A stretch of 63,918 nt of DNA, counting the filler, from Octopus bimaculoides (lineage: Eukaryota): assembly GCF_001194135.2 (NCBI RefSeq). It is 4 parts of 4 records of this genome, joined end to end, with 100 filler letters (N's around TTAATTAATTAA, not from the genome) between each part and the next. Parts side by side here need not be neighbours in the genome. Positions count along the whole stretch, not along the records: positions 1 to 31,279 come from NC_068989.1; 3 more parts are not named here. One strand, given 5' to 3'. Within the stretch, counting starts at the first letter, position 1. Every line of letters begins with the position of its first letter. A program made the translations under genes and the position numbers. Of the stretch, positions 12,800 to 25,856 are shown piece after piece. The notes beneath the pieces were generated by a model that saw only the letters and a list, made by a program, of their open reading frames with translations, did not search any database and had not been told where the DNA came from.

Positions 12800-15039
12800 C
12801 AATTTCTGTCTCTCTGTTACCATCTTAATGCCCGAACCAATAAACCAATATTCACGAAAGTTTTCACACTTGTTACACTAAAATCCAGTTCAATAATATC
12901 CTAACTGGATTTAAATAACAATCTAGAATATACCCCTCTAGGGGCGTTGGGCAAATTATATGATAAAATGAGAAGGTTGAAAAAGGAAAACATCGGTGGA
13001 AACGGAATGGTAACATTCCTTCAGCTGACATATACACACAACGCTGCATAAATACTATCGTAAATACATAGATACAACACTCACACAGATGGGGTTGTGA
13101 GGAATACGCAACTTTAAAGAGAGAGGGTGTAGGTGGCTTTTCTGCTGTCCAGCGCAAAGAAACACATACATACATCTATATATGTACATACGTACGTACG
13201 TAAATACATACATGTCTGCTACACATTTTAAATTCGTGATTACCTGTGTGTAGGTTTGTAACTGTGTGTGCATGTGATGTCCTATAACTGCCTCTCTACT
13301 TTTGTAGGGTCTTCCCTGTCGCTGTCACATATTGTGAGATTGTAAAATTATGTCAAAATTTTCAAATTTGGTATATTGAAATAATTTTCCAAGTTAAATC
13401 CGATTGTGTTATATATTTGTTCCAAAAATGTTGCAGTAAAATGTTACTGAGGTTTGACGGTAATCCATTTTGCTAAACAAAAAACAATATTTGGAAGCTG
13501 GCATTATCTGCATGATAGCTGTCTAGCACGAAATGAAACCAAAATTATAAGGAGGAGGATTTTTTATTAAATAAACGAAAGCAAAGAATTACGACGACCA
13601 AAGTTGTAAATACTTTTAAAGTTTACTTGTGAAACGGTCGAACACACATGTAAATAATTTAAGATGAAAAACGTTTTCTGACAAACAATTGCACAAACCT
13701 CTTCTGTCGGGGAAGACATGCTCTGACATGGAATATATAAATTCTCTGACAACCACGAGCAATTCATTTATATATATATATAAAATTATAATTTAGGGTA
13801 TCTAAAAGACACCGCCATGCTGAAAATAGCAGCCAAATCTCGACTCTAAACCACAATAAAATGCTCATATAGCACACAGGAGTGAAGACGAAGAAAACAA
13901 AATAAACTAGCAAAAATTACTGGATAATTCCTATCCTGGATTTCTGGATTTGCATTAGAACTGCTTTGCCTCATCAGTTGAATACACACAGAAAAGCACA
14001 TAAATACATATATATATATATATANNNNNNNNNNNNNNNNNNNNNNNNNNNNNNNNNNNNNNNNNNNNNNNNNNNNNNNNNNNNNNNNNNNNNNNNNNNN
14101 NNNNNNNNNNNNNNNNNNNNNNNNNNNNNNNNNNNNNNNNNNNNNNNNNNNNNNNNNNNNNNNNNNNNNNNNNNNNNNNNNNNNNNNNNNNNNNNNNNNN
14201 NNNNNNNNNNNNNNNNNNNNNNNNNNNNNNNNNNNNNNNNNNNNNNNNNNNNNNNNNNNNNNNNNNNNNNNNNNNNNNNNNNNNNNNNNNNNNNNNNNNN
14301 NNNNNNNNNNNNNNNNNNNNNNNNNNNNNNNNNNNNNNNNNNNNNNNNNNNNNNNNNNNNNNNNNNNNNNNNNNNNNNNNNNNNNNNNNNNNNNNNNNNN
14401 NNNNNNNNNNNNNNNNNNNNNNNNNNNNNNNNNNNNNNNNNNNNNNNNNNNNNNNNNNNNNNNNNNNNNNNNNNNNNNNNNNNNNNNNNNNNNNNNNNNN
14501 NNNNNNNNNNNNNNNNNNNNNNNNNNNNNNNNNNNNNNNNNNNNNNNNNNNNNNNNNNNNNNNNNNNNNNNNNNNNNNNNNNNNNNNNNNNNNNNNNNNN
14601 NNNNNNNNNNNNNNNNNNNNNNNNNNNNNNNNNNNNNNNNNNNNNNNNNNNNNNNNNNNNNNNNNNNNNNNNNNNNNNNNNNNNNNNNNNNNNNNNNNNN
14701 NNNNNNNNNNNNNNNNNNNNNNNNNNNNNNNNNNNNNNNNNNNNNNNNNNNNNNNNNNNNNNNNNNNNNTGATCTCTGTAAATGTCGGAAATGTATGTCC
14801 TCATATCAATTAGGAAATTAATAAAAAACTTAAGGTAGGTCAATGCATATTTCACGTGGCTAATATTTTTTGTAGTATCTAATCAGGGGTAGGCTAGATC
14901 ATGGAGTTTAAAGTTCGTCTACTGGCGAAAGCCCTGTGGCTGAAACTACCCAAGGACTTTTTGCGAATTTCTTTAAGAAAAGCGATTTGCACAATTGAAA
15001 TTTCTTATACTGTAGTCTTGTACTGCAGTTGTATTAATA

Positions 15040-15555
15040 TTTAATGTATTTTCGTCTGTCTTTATGTTTTGAGTTCAAATTCCGCGGAGGTCGACTTTGC
15101 TATTAATCCTTTCGGTGTCGATAATTAAGTACCAGTTGGATATTGGGGTCGATCTAATCGACGTCCCACATACACAAAAAACTTCAGGCCTTGTGCCTAA
15201 AGTAAAAAACAAATATTTAATGTTTTTCTTTATTCTTCCTATACGAAGTGATCGCCTAGTTGTAATTCTATGGTAGTACTATAATATATTAACTGCAGAG
15301 TGTTTTGTTCCTTTTTTATTTTAATTCTAATCTCTTGAATCAATTTGCATTTTGGATAATGAACATATTCTTATGTCAATATATTTGTTAGGGCGGTGAG
15401 CTGGCAGAATAGTTAGCACGCTGGGTGAAATGCTTTGCGGTATTTCGTCTGTCTTTACATTCTTAGTTCCAATTCCGCCGAGGCTGTCTTTGCCTTTCAT
15501 CCTTTCGGGGTCGATTAAATAAGTACCGGTTATGCGCTGGGGTCAATTTAATCCA
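15040..15555 (+). mobile_element. Two copies of tRNA-derived SINE family B (~15040-15210 and ~15381-15555)
   Basis: Head 'gagctggcagaatagttagcacg', B-box-like 'gagttcaaattcc', body 'gaggtcgactttgc..tcatcctttcggggtcgat..aagtacc'. Also seen at ~44520-44800, 47060, 49725-49940, 54515-54960 and 59090. Confidence 0.85.
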
Positions 15556-18541
15556 TTCTTATGTAATATATTCTCATGTCTATCATCTTCGCTGTCATGC
15601 TTAACACAAACATGGGATGTATGGATTAATGTCATTTAGCCACTAGATCAGGTTCGACCATGATCGAAGGGAACTAATATTAAAAAATACAAGCTAATTA
15701 AAACTTATTTGTCATCTCCAAGAACAAAGATATCCATTATGAACAGTAAAAATAAATTTCGTATGACACAGCTTCAAATATTGTTGAACCTATGGATCAA
15801 CTATGCAGAGTAAACATACTTCGATGATATAGGGAATCATTTATTCACCAGTGAATATCGTTTGGAGTTTCATTTGGTCGATAAGTGCACCCTTGATCTA
15901 GACTTGGGACACAGAGGTATTAACTTGGAGCATAGATGTATTAACAGACTCCCAGAGTTCTTGCACATCAAGCCTGTTCTAAGGGAGATGCCTCGGTACA
16001 CTCTTTCAGCCAGTCAAATAAACCATAAGCACATTTATTTTTTATCACTGTTTGTTAGAATTGTTGGGCATAAATGTGGCCCGCAACAACAGGTAATCAG
16101 AACTTGGTATGGTATTCGGATATATCATATCCGAAGTTCATGAATCCAGCACAATACTTGCCCTAATGCAAATAAGATCACTAGTTTAATGGAGTAGTAC
16201 AGAAAACAATGAATACTACCTGATTTGCCGGAAGACGTTAAAGAAAATGGTATCACATTGGTTACAGAGGATGAAAGGTGTTCGTATCTTTATTATCAGG
16301 AAAATGGTTCAGTATATAGAATAGCATCGCATTCCTTCTCCAAAGCCTAAGTAATTTGTCGCCGGTACCATGAACTGTAAGCTTATTTTGAGAGAACAAA
16401 GTACTTAGAAAATCAATTAACAAGAAGAGACCAAACAAGAATGCAAAAAGTAATGCATGGTCACACACAAACGTGGCAACAAGTCAGGCAATTAAGAAAA
16501 GTATAAATCAGAATTGTTTCAAAGAGAATTCAAAAGCTGGATTCAGGGATGGCCGAAATACTGCTCTTCTAATAGTTTAGTAGTGCCCTTATAAAAAAGG
16601 AAGAGCTGCTTTAGAAACATAGGAAAGCTGAACGATGAACGCCAGTGAATGAAATATTATGCCCATATTTGCTTTATTTTTGAAACAACTTTCGTATAAT
16701 GTAGTAAATGAAAAATGTTATGCTTTTCCATTACTTTCGGAACAAACTTGGTAGAACATTTTATATTCCGACGACTTTTTGTAAAAGATTTGTAACACGA
16801 GTAGTTAAGTACACAGGAGCTTTGATAGCACTTAATAGCATGGACCTTTGACTACGGTTCTTGCTACTACATCCCTAATAATTTAGAACACGGACTTCAT
16901 GTAAACGTATTTAAATACTAGCAATTTATTGTAATCATGTAAACGTATTTAAATACTAGTAATTTATTTGTGTATCTAGAAGACACTAGTTTACAGTTTT
17001 CGTTCCATTAATTGACAAGCGTATATTTTTTCTCTAAAAATTGTATAGAAATCGTTGATGTCATATGTCCAGAGTTCTAAAATCCTATGGTGTAGGGTAC
17101 GAACGCCATTGTTTTCACACACACACCAGACACACTCGCTCAAACACAAGCACTCGCACACAGACACACATATATACATATAAATGCAGATCATTGCAAT
17201 GACTTAGTTACATTAATGATATTAATAACGTTTAGATGATCTAATGTTTGATAATAGTTGCGACTTGAAATAAAGAACAGAGATCAAACTATAAGTAACC
17301 ACAGCAATAAATCACTTCTATCTACATTAGTAACGAAAATAGCGTTTTAGTTCAAAGTTATTGATTGGTGAATAAAATGACCCGATTCTTAAGTTGGTCA
17401 ACGTAATTAAGCCATTAGTCTGAGATTCCAAAAGAGCAGATCGATAATATTTGACAGTACTAATTGACATGCTCATCTTTAATTCTATATATTCAGCTTA
17501 ACGTTTTCTATTGATTCGGATACCTGAAGTTAACTAACGAAAATAGAAATGATATTGCATTAATAATATATCAAGAACCGATTTACTGAAGGTAGAATTT
17601 TGCATACCAGATTATGTAGAGTATGTTGGTTTATATATATAAGTTATACTTTGGAGAAATTTCCCTTAAGTAAATAATAAGATAAAAGAGACAACGAAAA
17701 GTAATAAAAGCACGAAGGGTATTTGAATACACGAAATATTCCTTTTCAATCGTTGCTGTAAATATATAAAGAGTGCACGTTTATTATATGCTTGTTGCTT
17801 AAACTGGCATCATTAGAATTGAGTTTCTTCTTCACGATCAAAATACACTGTGTTTCGGTCAATGACGTGTTCTGATCATGTTCGGAAAGGAAATACCAGT
17901 TAGAATACAGTATCTGCATTTCAGAAATATATTGATTTCCTTCTATTCATATTTATTTTTCTAAAAGAAAATCACAAACATTTATTTCAGCTCCACGCTA
18001 GAACTCATATTTCAAAGAATGAAACCTATACAAATATTCTGAAGAAAACATTTCAGCATTACTTTAATAAAATATGCTTTTGTATAATTTATTGTTCAGT
18101 TCCCCCAGAAACGAAAGCCAAGTATATTTCCAGAGACGAAAATATATATATACGAAACGTTAAATCTGCAAACCTCAATGAGGCATATTTATGTCAAAAT
18201 TTATGGCAAAAAGAGACCGATAGAAAAAGTATTAGGCTTACAAATAATAAGTCCTGGGGTGGATTTGTTCGAGTAAAGGCGGTGCTCTAGCACGAACACA
18301 ACTAAATGACTGAAACCAGTAAAGGAATAAAAGAGTTAAAGAATTCATGTCTCCTTTTGTGACCTATGAATATTGTTCGTGATGCCCTATGCTGAAACAT
18401 ATTTTTTCAATCGTAGTGTTTTGTGGGAAACAAGAAAATCACTTAAAGCATATTGCTCTATGCCTACCATTAGAATCTACTCCAGACTAAAATGAAAACG
18501 CAATAAAGAATGCTATAATATAGTATGTACGTGTATATGTA

Positions 18542-18582
<41 letters not shown>

Positions 18583-18806
18583 NNNNNNNNNNNNNNNNNN
18601 NNNNNNNNNNNNNNNNNNNNNNNNNNNNNNNNNNNNNNNNNNNNNNNNNNNNNNNNNNNNNNNNNNNNNNNNNNNNNNNNNNNNNNNNNNNNNNNNNNNN
18701 NNNNNNNNNNNNNNNNNNNNNNNNNNNNNNNNNNNNNNNNNNNNNNNNNNNNNNNNNNNNNNNNNNNNNNNNNNNNNNNNNNNNNNNNNNNNNNNNNNNN
18801 NNNNNN

Positions 18807-18847
<41 letters not shown>

Positions 18848-18899
18848 AACAATTCACAAAATCATTAATTTTAGCTGTAAACTTATTTTAGTGACATCA

Positions 18900-19745
18900 A
18901 CGTGTTCATTCGTATTGAATTAGCATTCGTCAAAATCAAGTGTGAAATACAACATGCATCATGGGGTGTCTGTTTTCATCGACGCATTTCTGAAGGCGGT
19001 GTTGTAAGTTGGCCCCCACTCTCTCTAGCTTTGCTCTGTCAAACTGGGCGACTTTCACGCGAATAGCTTCCTTCAAATCGTCCCGTGTATGTGGCTTGGG
19101 TGCATACACACGTGACTTAAGATTTCCCCACGGGAAATAATCACACATGGCGAGCGAGGGGTCCACGAAAGCCGGCAAAACTGGAAATGAGGTTGTCACC
19201 GAAGAGAAAGCGATGAACGTCATTAATGCTCTGGCTGTGTGGGCCGTAGACCCATCCTCCTGAATCCACACACGTCGAATACGTTTTCGTCGTAATTCAG
19301 ACACAATGGAGTTGTTTATCTTCTCGATGCACCGCTCGGAGTTCACAGTAAGAGCATTTCCATTTTTGTCTTCAAACAAGTAAGGACCAATGACAGCACC
19401 CTTTCTAACAGCACACCAGACCGTCATTTTGGGCTGTGCAGCGGTCTTTTGCGCAATTCTCTTGAACTCTGAGGAACCTAATAAGACAGTTCTGTTGATT
19501 TACCATGCCATTGAGATGAAAATGAGCTTCATCGCTCATTAACAAAATTTGCCTCAAACATTGCTTCCATTTGACGTGCAAAGTTAAACCACTGTGCATA
19601 ATCCCATGGTTTCAGCTGTTCCCAAATGACCAATTTGTATGAGTGGAAGTACAGGTCTTCATGCAAAATATGCCTCATGTTTAACGTTGTTGTATTATAG
19701 CTTGTCTGACGCCTTCGACATTTTCTGGGGTGCCTACCATTCATG
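18900..19745 (-). mobile_element. Degraded Tc1/mariner transposase, DD41D (rosa/VS)-like
   Basis: 'ILLMSDEAHFHLNGMVNQQNC', 'TVWCAV..GAVIGPYLFED', 'WIQEDGSTAHTA', 'CDYFPWGNLKSRVY..KP.T..DLK..IR' split over three frames. D-D spacing in this copy is 37 aa but disturbed by frameshifts, so the subfamily call is tentative. Confidence 0.8.
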
Positions 19746-19816
19746 GCGCCCCCACCGGTTTCCTGGCCATTAGTTTACCACGTGTACGAAGTGCATTCAC
19801 CCAACGTAAGATTTTG

Positions 19817-19838
19817 TTAGGGTTAGGGCTAGGGTGGG
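19817..19838 (+). repeat. Telomere-like G-quadruplex motif TTAGGGTTAGGGCTAGGGTGGG
   Basis: Four G3 runs with 3, 3 and 1 nt loops. Confidence 0.8.
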
Positions 19839-20096
19839 TAGAGCCGGATTTCGATGAATGATGAACTGGCACCGAAACACAGGCTGTGCTGCTGTGTCAG
19901 ACTCGTTATTCTTCACGTAATTGCCGTAGGAAAACATGCGATGATCTATCGTCACAGCGTCATGGTTTCACCTAAAAAGAAAAAAGGTTAAGACAACATG
20001 GACCTTATGGTACCTGTGGGATATATGCCCCACCATGTGGGGTTGAGTAATAGCCACTTCAAAGACATCCGTCCTCTCTGCTCAACTCCCTCTCTC

Positions 20097-20174
<78 letters not shown>

Positions 20175-20296
20175 TTCAAAATTGAATATGGTGCTTACGT
20201 TTAGGCACCAGAATATAGTATGGTATTATCCCAAAAACATTCTAACAGTAAGGTGATCAGAAAATCAAAATAAGCAACACGGATTTTAAAGATGAT

Positions 20297-20384
20297 TGCA
20301 GTACTCACGTTTCATGCTACTTCATTTATTTAAGTAATGCAAGCGTTACATTAAATTCAATATGAAGAGCAATCTTCAGCTGCA
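20297..20384 (-). ncRNA. Type I hammerhead ribozyme motif (left arm)
   Basis: UGCAG-CUGAAGA-[U UGCU-CUUCAU...AUGAAG U AGCA U]-GAAA-C-GUGA-GU-A-CUGCA: 5-bp stem I, intact core, long stem II, 2-bp stem III with tetraloop, GUA site. Confidence 0.7.
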
Positions 20385-21716
20385 CAAAAATGTAGAAAAA
20401 TTACAGAAGAATAGACATATTATACTTGTGGCAACATTTAAAATCCAAGTGGGAAGAAGAATACATAAAAATCCATCTTGACATAGCCAAGGCTAGCAAG
20501 CTAGTAATTAGTTTTAGGTAGAATTCTAACTGTCTCTGATTTTATTGTCTCTTATCTAGTGGTTATAGTATAAAGGGCAATCCCTTCTAAGGAAAAGGAA
20601 GGTGTAAGCATTATACATGGATATAGCTATAAAGGTTTCTCTGGTCAGAGTGGTAACACTAGTTTATGTTGGGTTTTTTACTGCTATCATAATGTTGGGG
20701 AATTAACCATTTAGGTCAACAGGGCTTTTTCTTTAGTCTGAATAAAGCATCAGTATTGTTATACATATACTAAGTGTGGGAAATTTATAGATATCAATAT
20801 TAGCTTAATTAATATGTTAATAATAAGAAGTATGTTAATAATAAAATTGTTAATAAAAATGTAATTAGTTTATACAAAAAACCCTGAAGTAGTATCAATT
20901 TTGAATTCAAAGGCTATAGATAAGGTGTAAAGTTTACGACTATCATATATATTGGGCTCACAAAGCTATTCTGAATTATTAAAAAAAAATTATTTTAAAG
21001 CATTTAAGCTAATATATATAATAATACTATTTTAAAGACACATAAAAGGTAAACTTACTTTTTATAATGTAAAGAATTAGTATAGGATCTATATAGTTTA
21101 TAATAATGCGTTTATTTAGGTTTAATGGACAGAAAAAAAAAGAATAGTAGGAATTAACATGGACATCCAATATAGAAACATGATAATTAATTACTAGTTT
21201 AATTATACTATCTTATATAGTCATGAACTTGTTTTAAGACTAACATGGGCTAATTACAGATTATTAATAGAATAAGGATTAGATTTATTTAAGTCAAAAT
21301 ATAGAATAAACAAGACACTACCACTACAAGCCCTGAAATAATGTAATAATAATAAGGATCCTTTTAGAGTCAAGCATAAAATAAAATAAAATAAAATTTA
21401 AATTTTGGGAATTAATTAAAAACATTAAGAATCTATAAAACTTCCTATTCTAATAAGCTACATAGGGTATATATTAAGATACATATTAAGAACTAAACAG
21501 CAGTAGCAGAAGTATTGTGAAAAACAAGCTTTCATGGTATAAAGTTGAAATCTTAGTTATCACAAGAAGATTGTATGTTTGGGTGAGAGATCAGAAATAT
21601 ATGTTATAAAGGTTCAATTTCCAATTCAAAATATGTGCTAATTAGTAGCCCAACTTCTACCATGTTCATCTTGGGCTATAATATGTCTATTCTACTGTAA
21701 TTTTTCTATATTTTTG

Positions 21717-21805
21717 TGCTGCTGAAGATTGCTCTACATATTGCATTTAATGTAATGCCTGAAATTACTTAAATAAATGGAGTAGCATGAAACGTGCGTA
21801 CTGCA
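21717..21805 (+). ncRNA. Type I hammerhead ribozyme motif (right arm)
   Basis: UGCUG-CUGAAGA-UUGCUCUACAU...AUGGAGUAGCAU-GAAA-C-GUGC-GU-A-CUGCA, with one stem I mismatch. Confidence 0.6.
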
Positions 21806-22151
21806 ATCATCTTTAAAATCCGTGTTGCTTATTTTGATTTTATATATATATATATATNNNNNNNNNNNNNNNNNNNNNNNNNNNNNNNNNNNNNNNNNNN
21901 NNNNNNNNNNNNNNNNNNNNNNNNNNNNNNNNNNNNNNNNNNNNNNNNNNNNNNNNNNNNNNNNNNNNNNNNNNNNNNNNNNNNNNNNNNNNNNNNNNNN
22001 NNNNNNNNNNNNNNNNNNNNNNNNNNNNNNNNNNNNNNNNNNNNNNNNNNNNNNNNNNNNNNNNNNNNNNNNNNNNNNNNNNNNNNNNNNNNNNNNNNNN
22101 NNNNNNNNNNNNNNNNNNNNNNNNNNNNNNNNNNNNNNNNNNNNNNNNNNN

Positions 22152-22505
22152 TATATGTGTATATGTGTGTATATGTGTTTGTATGTATGTGAATGTGTGT
22201 TATGGTTGTATGTATGTATGTATGTACGTGTGTGTGTATGCGAGTGTGTATACGTATATATGTATATGTATGTGTGTATCTGTGTGCGTTTATATGTGGG
22301 TGTATATGTATGTGTATATGTATGTGTGTATATGTATATACATGCATATGTGTATGTATATATGTGTTTGTGTGTATATGGTTATATATAAAAAAAATAT
22401 ATATAGATATATATGGGTGTGTGTATGTAAGTATAGGTATATATGTGTATGTGTGTGTGGGTGGGTGTGGGTGCGTGAGTGGGTGTGTGTGTGCGTGTGT
22501 ACGGG
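22152..22505. repeat. Compound TG/TA/TATG microsatellite
   Basis: Visible degenerate (TG)n/(TA)n run. Confidence 0.95.
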
Positions 22506-23371
22506 TGGGTATAATTAATATATTATGGTTATAGAAAGATCCATTAGGAAATCTTGATGTATATGGGGGAAAACGTTTTGGCAAGGNNNNNNNNNNNNNN
22601 NNNNNNNNNNNNNNNNNNNNNNNNNNNNNNNNNNNNNNNNNNNNNNNNNNNNNNNNNNNNNNNNNNNNNNNNNNNNNNNNNNNNNNNNNNNNNNNNNNNN
22701 NNNNNNNNNNNNNNNNNNNNNNNNNNNNNNNNNNNNNNNNNNNNNNNNNNNNNNNNNNNNNNNNNNNNNNNNNNNNNNNNNNNNNNNNNNNNNNNNNNNN
22801 NNNNNNNNNNNNNNNNNNNNNNNNNNNNNNNNNNNNNNNNNNNNNNNNNNNNNNNNNNNNNNNNNNNNNNNNNNNNNNNNNNNNNNNNNNNNNNNNNNNN
22901 NNNNNNNNNNNNNNNNNNNNNNNNNNNNNNNNNNNNNNNNNNNNNNNNNNNNNNNNNNNNNNNNNNNNNNNNNNNNNNNNNNNNNNNNNNNNNNNNNNNN
23001 NNNNNNNNNNNNNNNNNNNNNNNNNNNNNNNNNNNNNNNNNNNNNNNNNNNNNNNNNNNNNNNNNNNNNNNNNNNNNNNNNNNNNNNNNNNNNNNNNNNN
23101 NNNNNNNNNNNNNNNNNNNNNNNNNNNNNNNNNNNNNNNNNNNNNNNNNNNNNNNNNNNNNNNNNNNNNNNNNNNNNNNNNNNNNNNNNNNNNNNNNNNN
23201 NNNNNNNNNNNNNNNNNNNNNNNNNNNNNNNNNNNNNNNNNNNNNNNNNNNNNNNNNNNNNNNNNNNNNNNNNNNNNNNNNNNNNNNNNNNNNNNNNNNN
23301 NNNNNNNNNNNNNNNNNNNNNNNNNNNNNNNNNNNNNNNNNNNNNNNNNNNNNNNNNNNNNNNNNNNNNNN

Positions 23372-23402
<31 letters not shown>

Positions 23403-23449
23403 ATGACAACAAAAGAATGAGACCTCAATATTAGGTAAATAGCGAAATG

Positions 23450-24900
<1,451 letters not shown>

Positions 24901-25823
24901 GGGGGGGGTATATAATAGATACGTATATAATAGATATGTATATAATAGATACGCACACACATATATTCAGATATATAGGCGATAGTTAGACGCAAAGATA
25001 CAAACTGTATTTACTCTTTCTCAGGTATACGGCATGTTCTGGGGTTGAGTGGCTCTAGAATAATGTTTATTTTAATGCTTTTACTATATTAGATACGTGC
25101 AAAATCATAGCAGATAGAAATCAATCTCTGAGTCTTGGGAAGCAATCTATCTTCTCTACGAAATTTAATTAAATAATACATGCATTTACATTGCATGAAG
25201 ACCATTTGCTTCTATACTAAATTAACACACGAGGCACGCTTATATAATTCTGATGATAAATAGCAATTCCTCTTATGCAGTCTTGCAAACGTTTTTATGC
25301 CCTACAACCTTAAGAAATGTTTCATTTGTCTTCGCATTCTTTTCAAAAATAAGATTACGTTTGAAAGGGAAAATGTCAAATTTGTAATTTAGCAGCATAC
25401 ACTTCTGGGGTATAATATAGATGAGTGTATGTTAATTATATTGTTCTTTTAAGTTGATGTTTAAAGTTACTTGTTACTATTTCATTAAATAAATCCATCA
25501 ATTAAGTTGTTGTTCTTTAACCCCAGGGTATTCCTGAGATAGTAGGAATGATAAGATTAAATTCCTGCCATGCTCTATAGCTCCATTTTTTTTTTATATC
25601 AATGAACGCATAACATAGTGTTTGCGCCGACAGTTAAGATAGTAAAACGTAGTAATTTCAGGGAGATATGTCTTTTATATGTAGCATGCTGATCGACCTG
25701 TTAGACAGTATCTTATTGACTACTTATAAAATCAGTTAACTCTTTAACGGGATGTCAATCTCTCTATATATATAATCTTACACGGTAGAAAATGACACCC
25801 CATGCTGTAATATATGTATGTAC

Positions 25824-25856
<33 letters not shown>

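Larger units (their letters stand above)
20261..21841. mobile_element. PLE-like insertion with ~165-bp inverted pseudo-LTR arms (20261-20424, 21677-21841), each carrying a hammerhead motif
   Basis: Arms are reverse complements (~10 substitutions + 1 indel by eye). The minus strand of the interior shows weak PLE traces ('ILDVHVNSYYS..P..LNKRI..YI', 'LVYV...C.FIQTK'). Confidence 0.75.

Noticed and set aside
14922-14946. CUGGCGA-A-AGCC-cugu-GGCU-GAAAC hammerhead-like string
   Set aside because: A6 is mutated and no stem I, stem III or NUH site can be built.
15860-16480. Coding-looking stretch ('LPDLPEDVKENGITLVTEDERCSYLYY')
   Set aside because: Bounded by stops, with no recognisable domain or convincing splice sites.
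16897-16968. 38-bp tandem duplication (similar ones at ~8463-8526 and ~30350-30395)
   Set aside because: Ordinary two-copy slippage duplications; no spacer array, so not CRISPR-like.
20700-21500. Possible nad2 NUMT ('ATA AGC TAC ATA GGG TAT ATA TTA AGA' ~ MSHMGWMLS)
   Set aside because: The match is short and surrounded by stops, and no neighbouring mitochondrial genes are visible. The region sits between HHR-bearing inverted arms and has PLE-like traces on the other strand.
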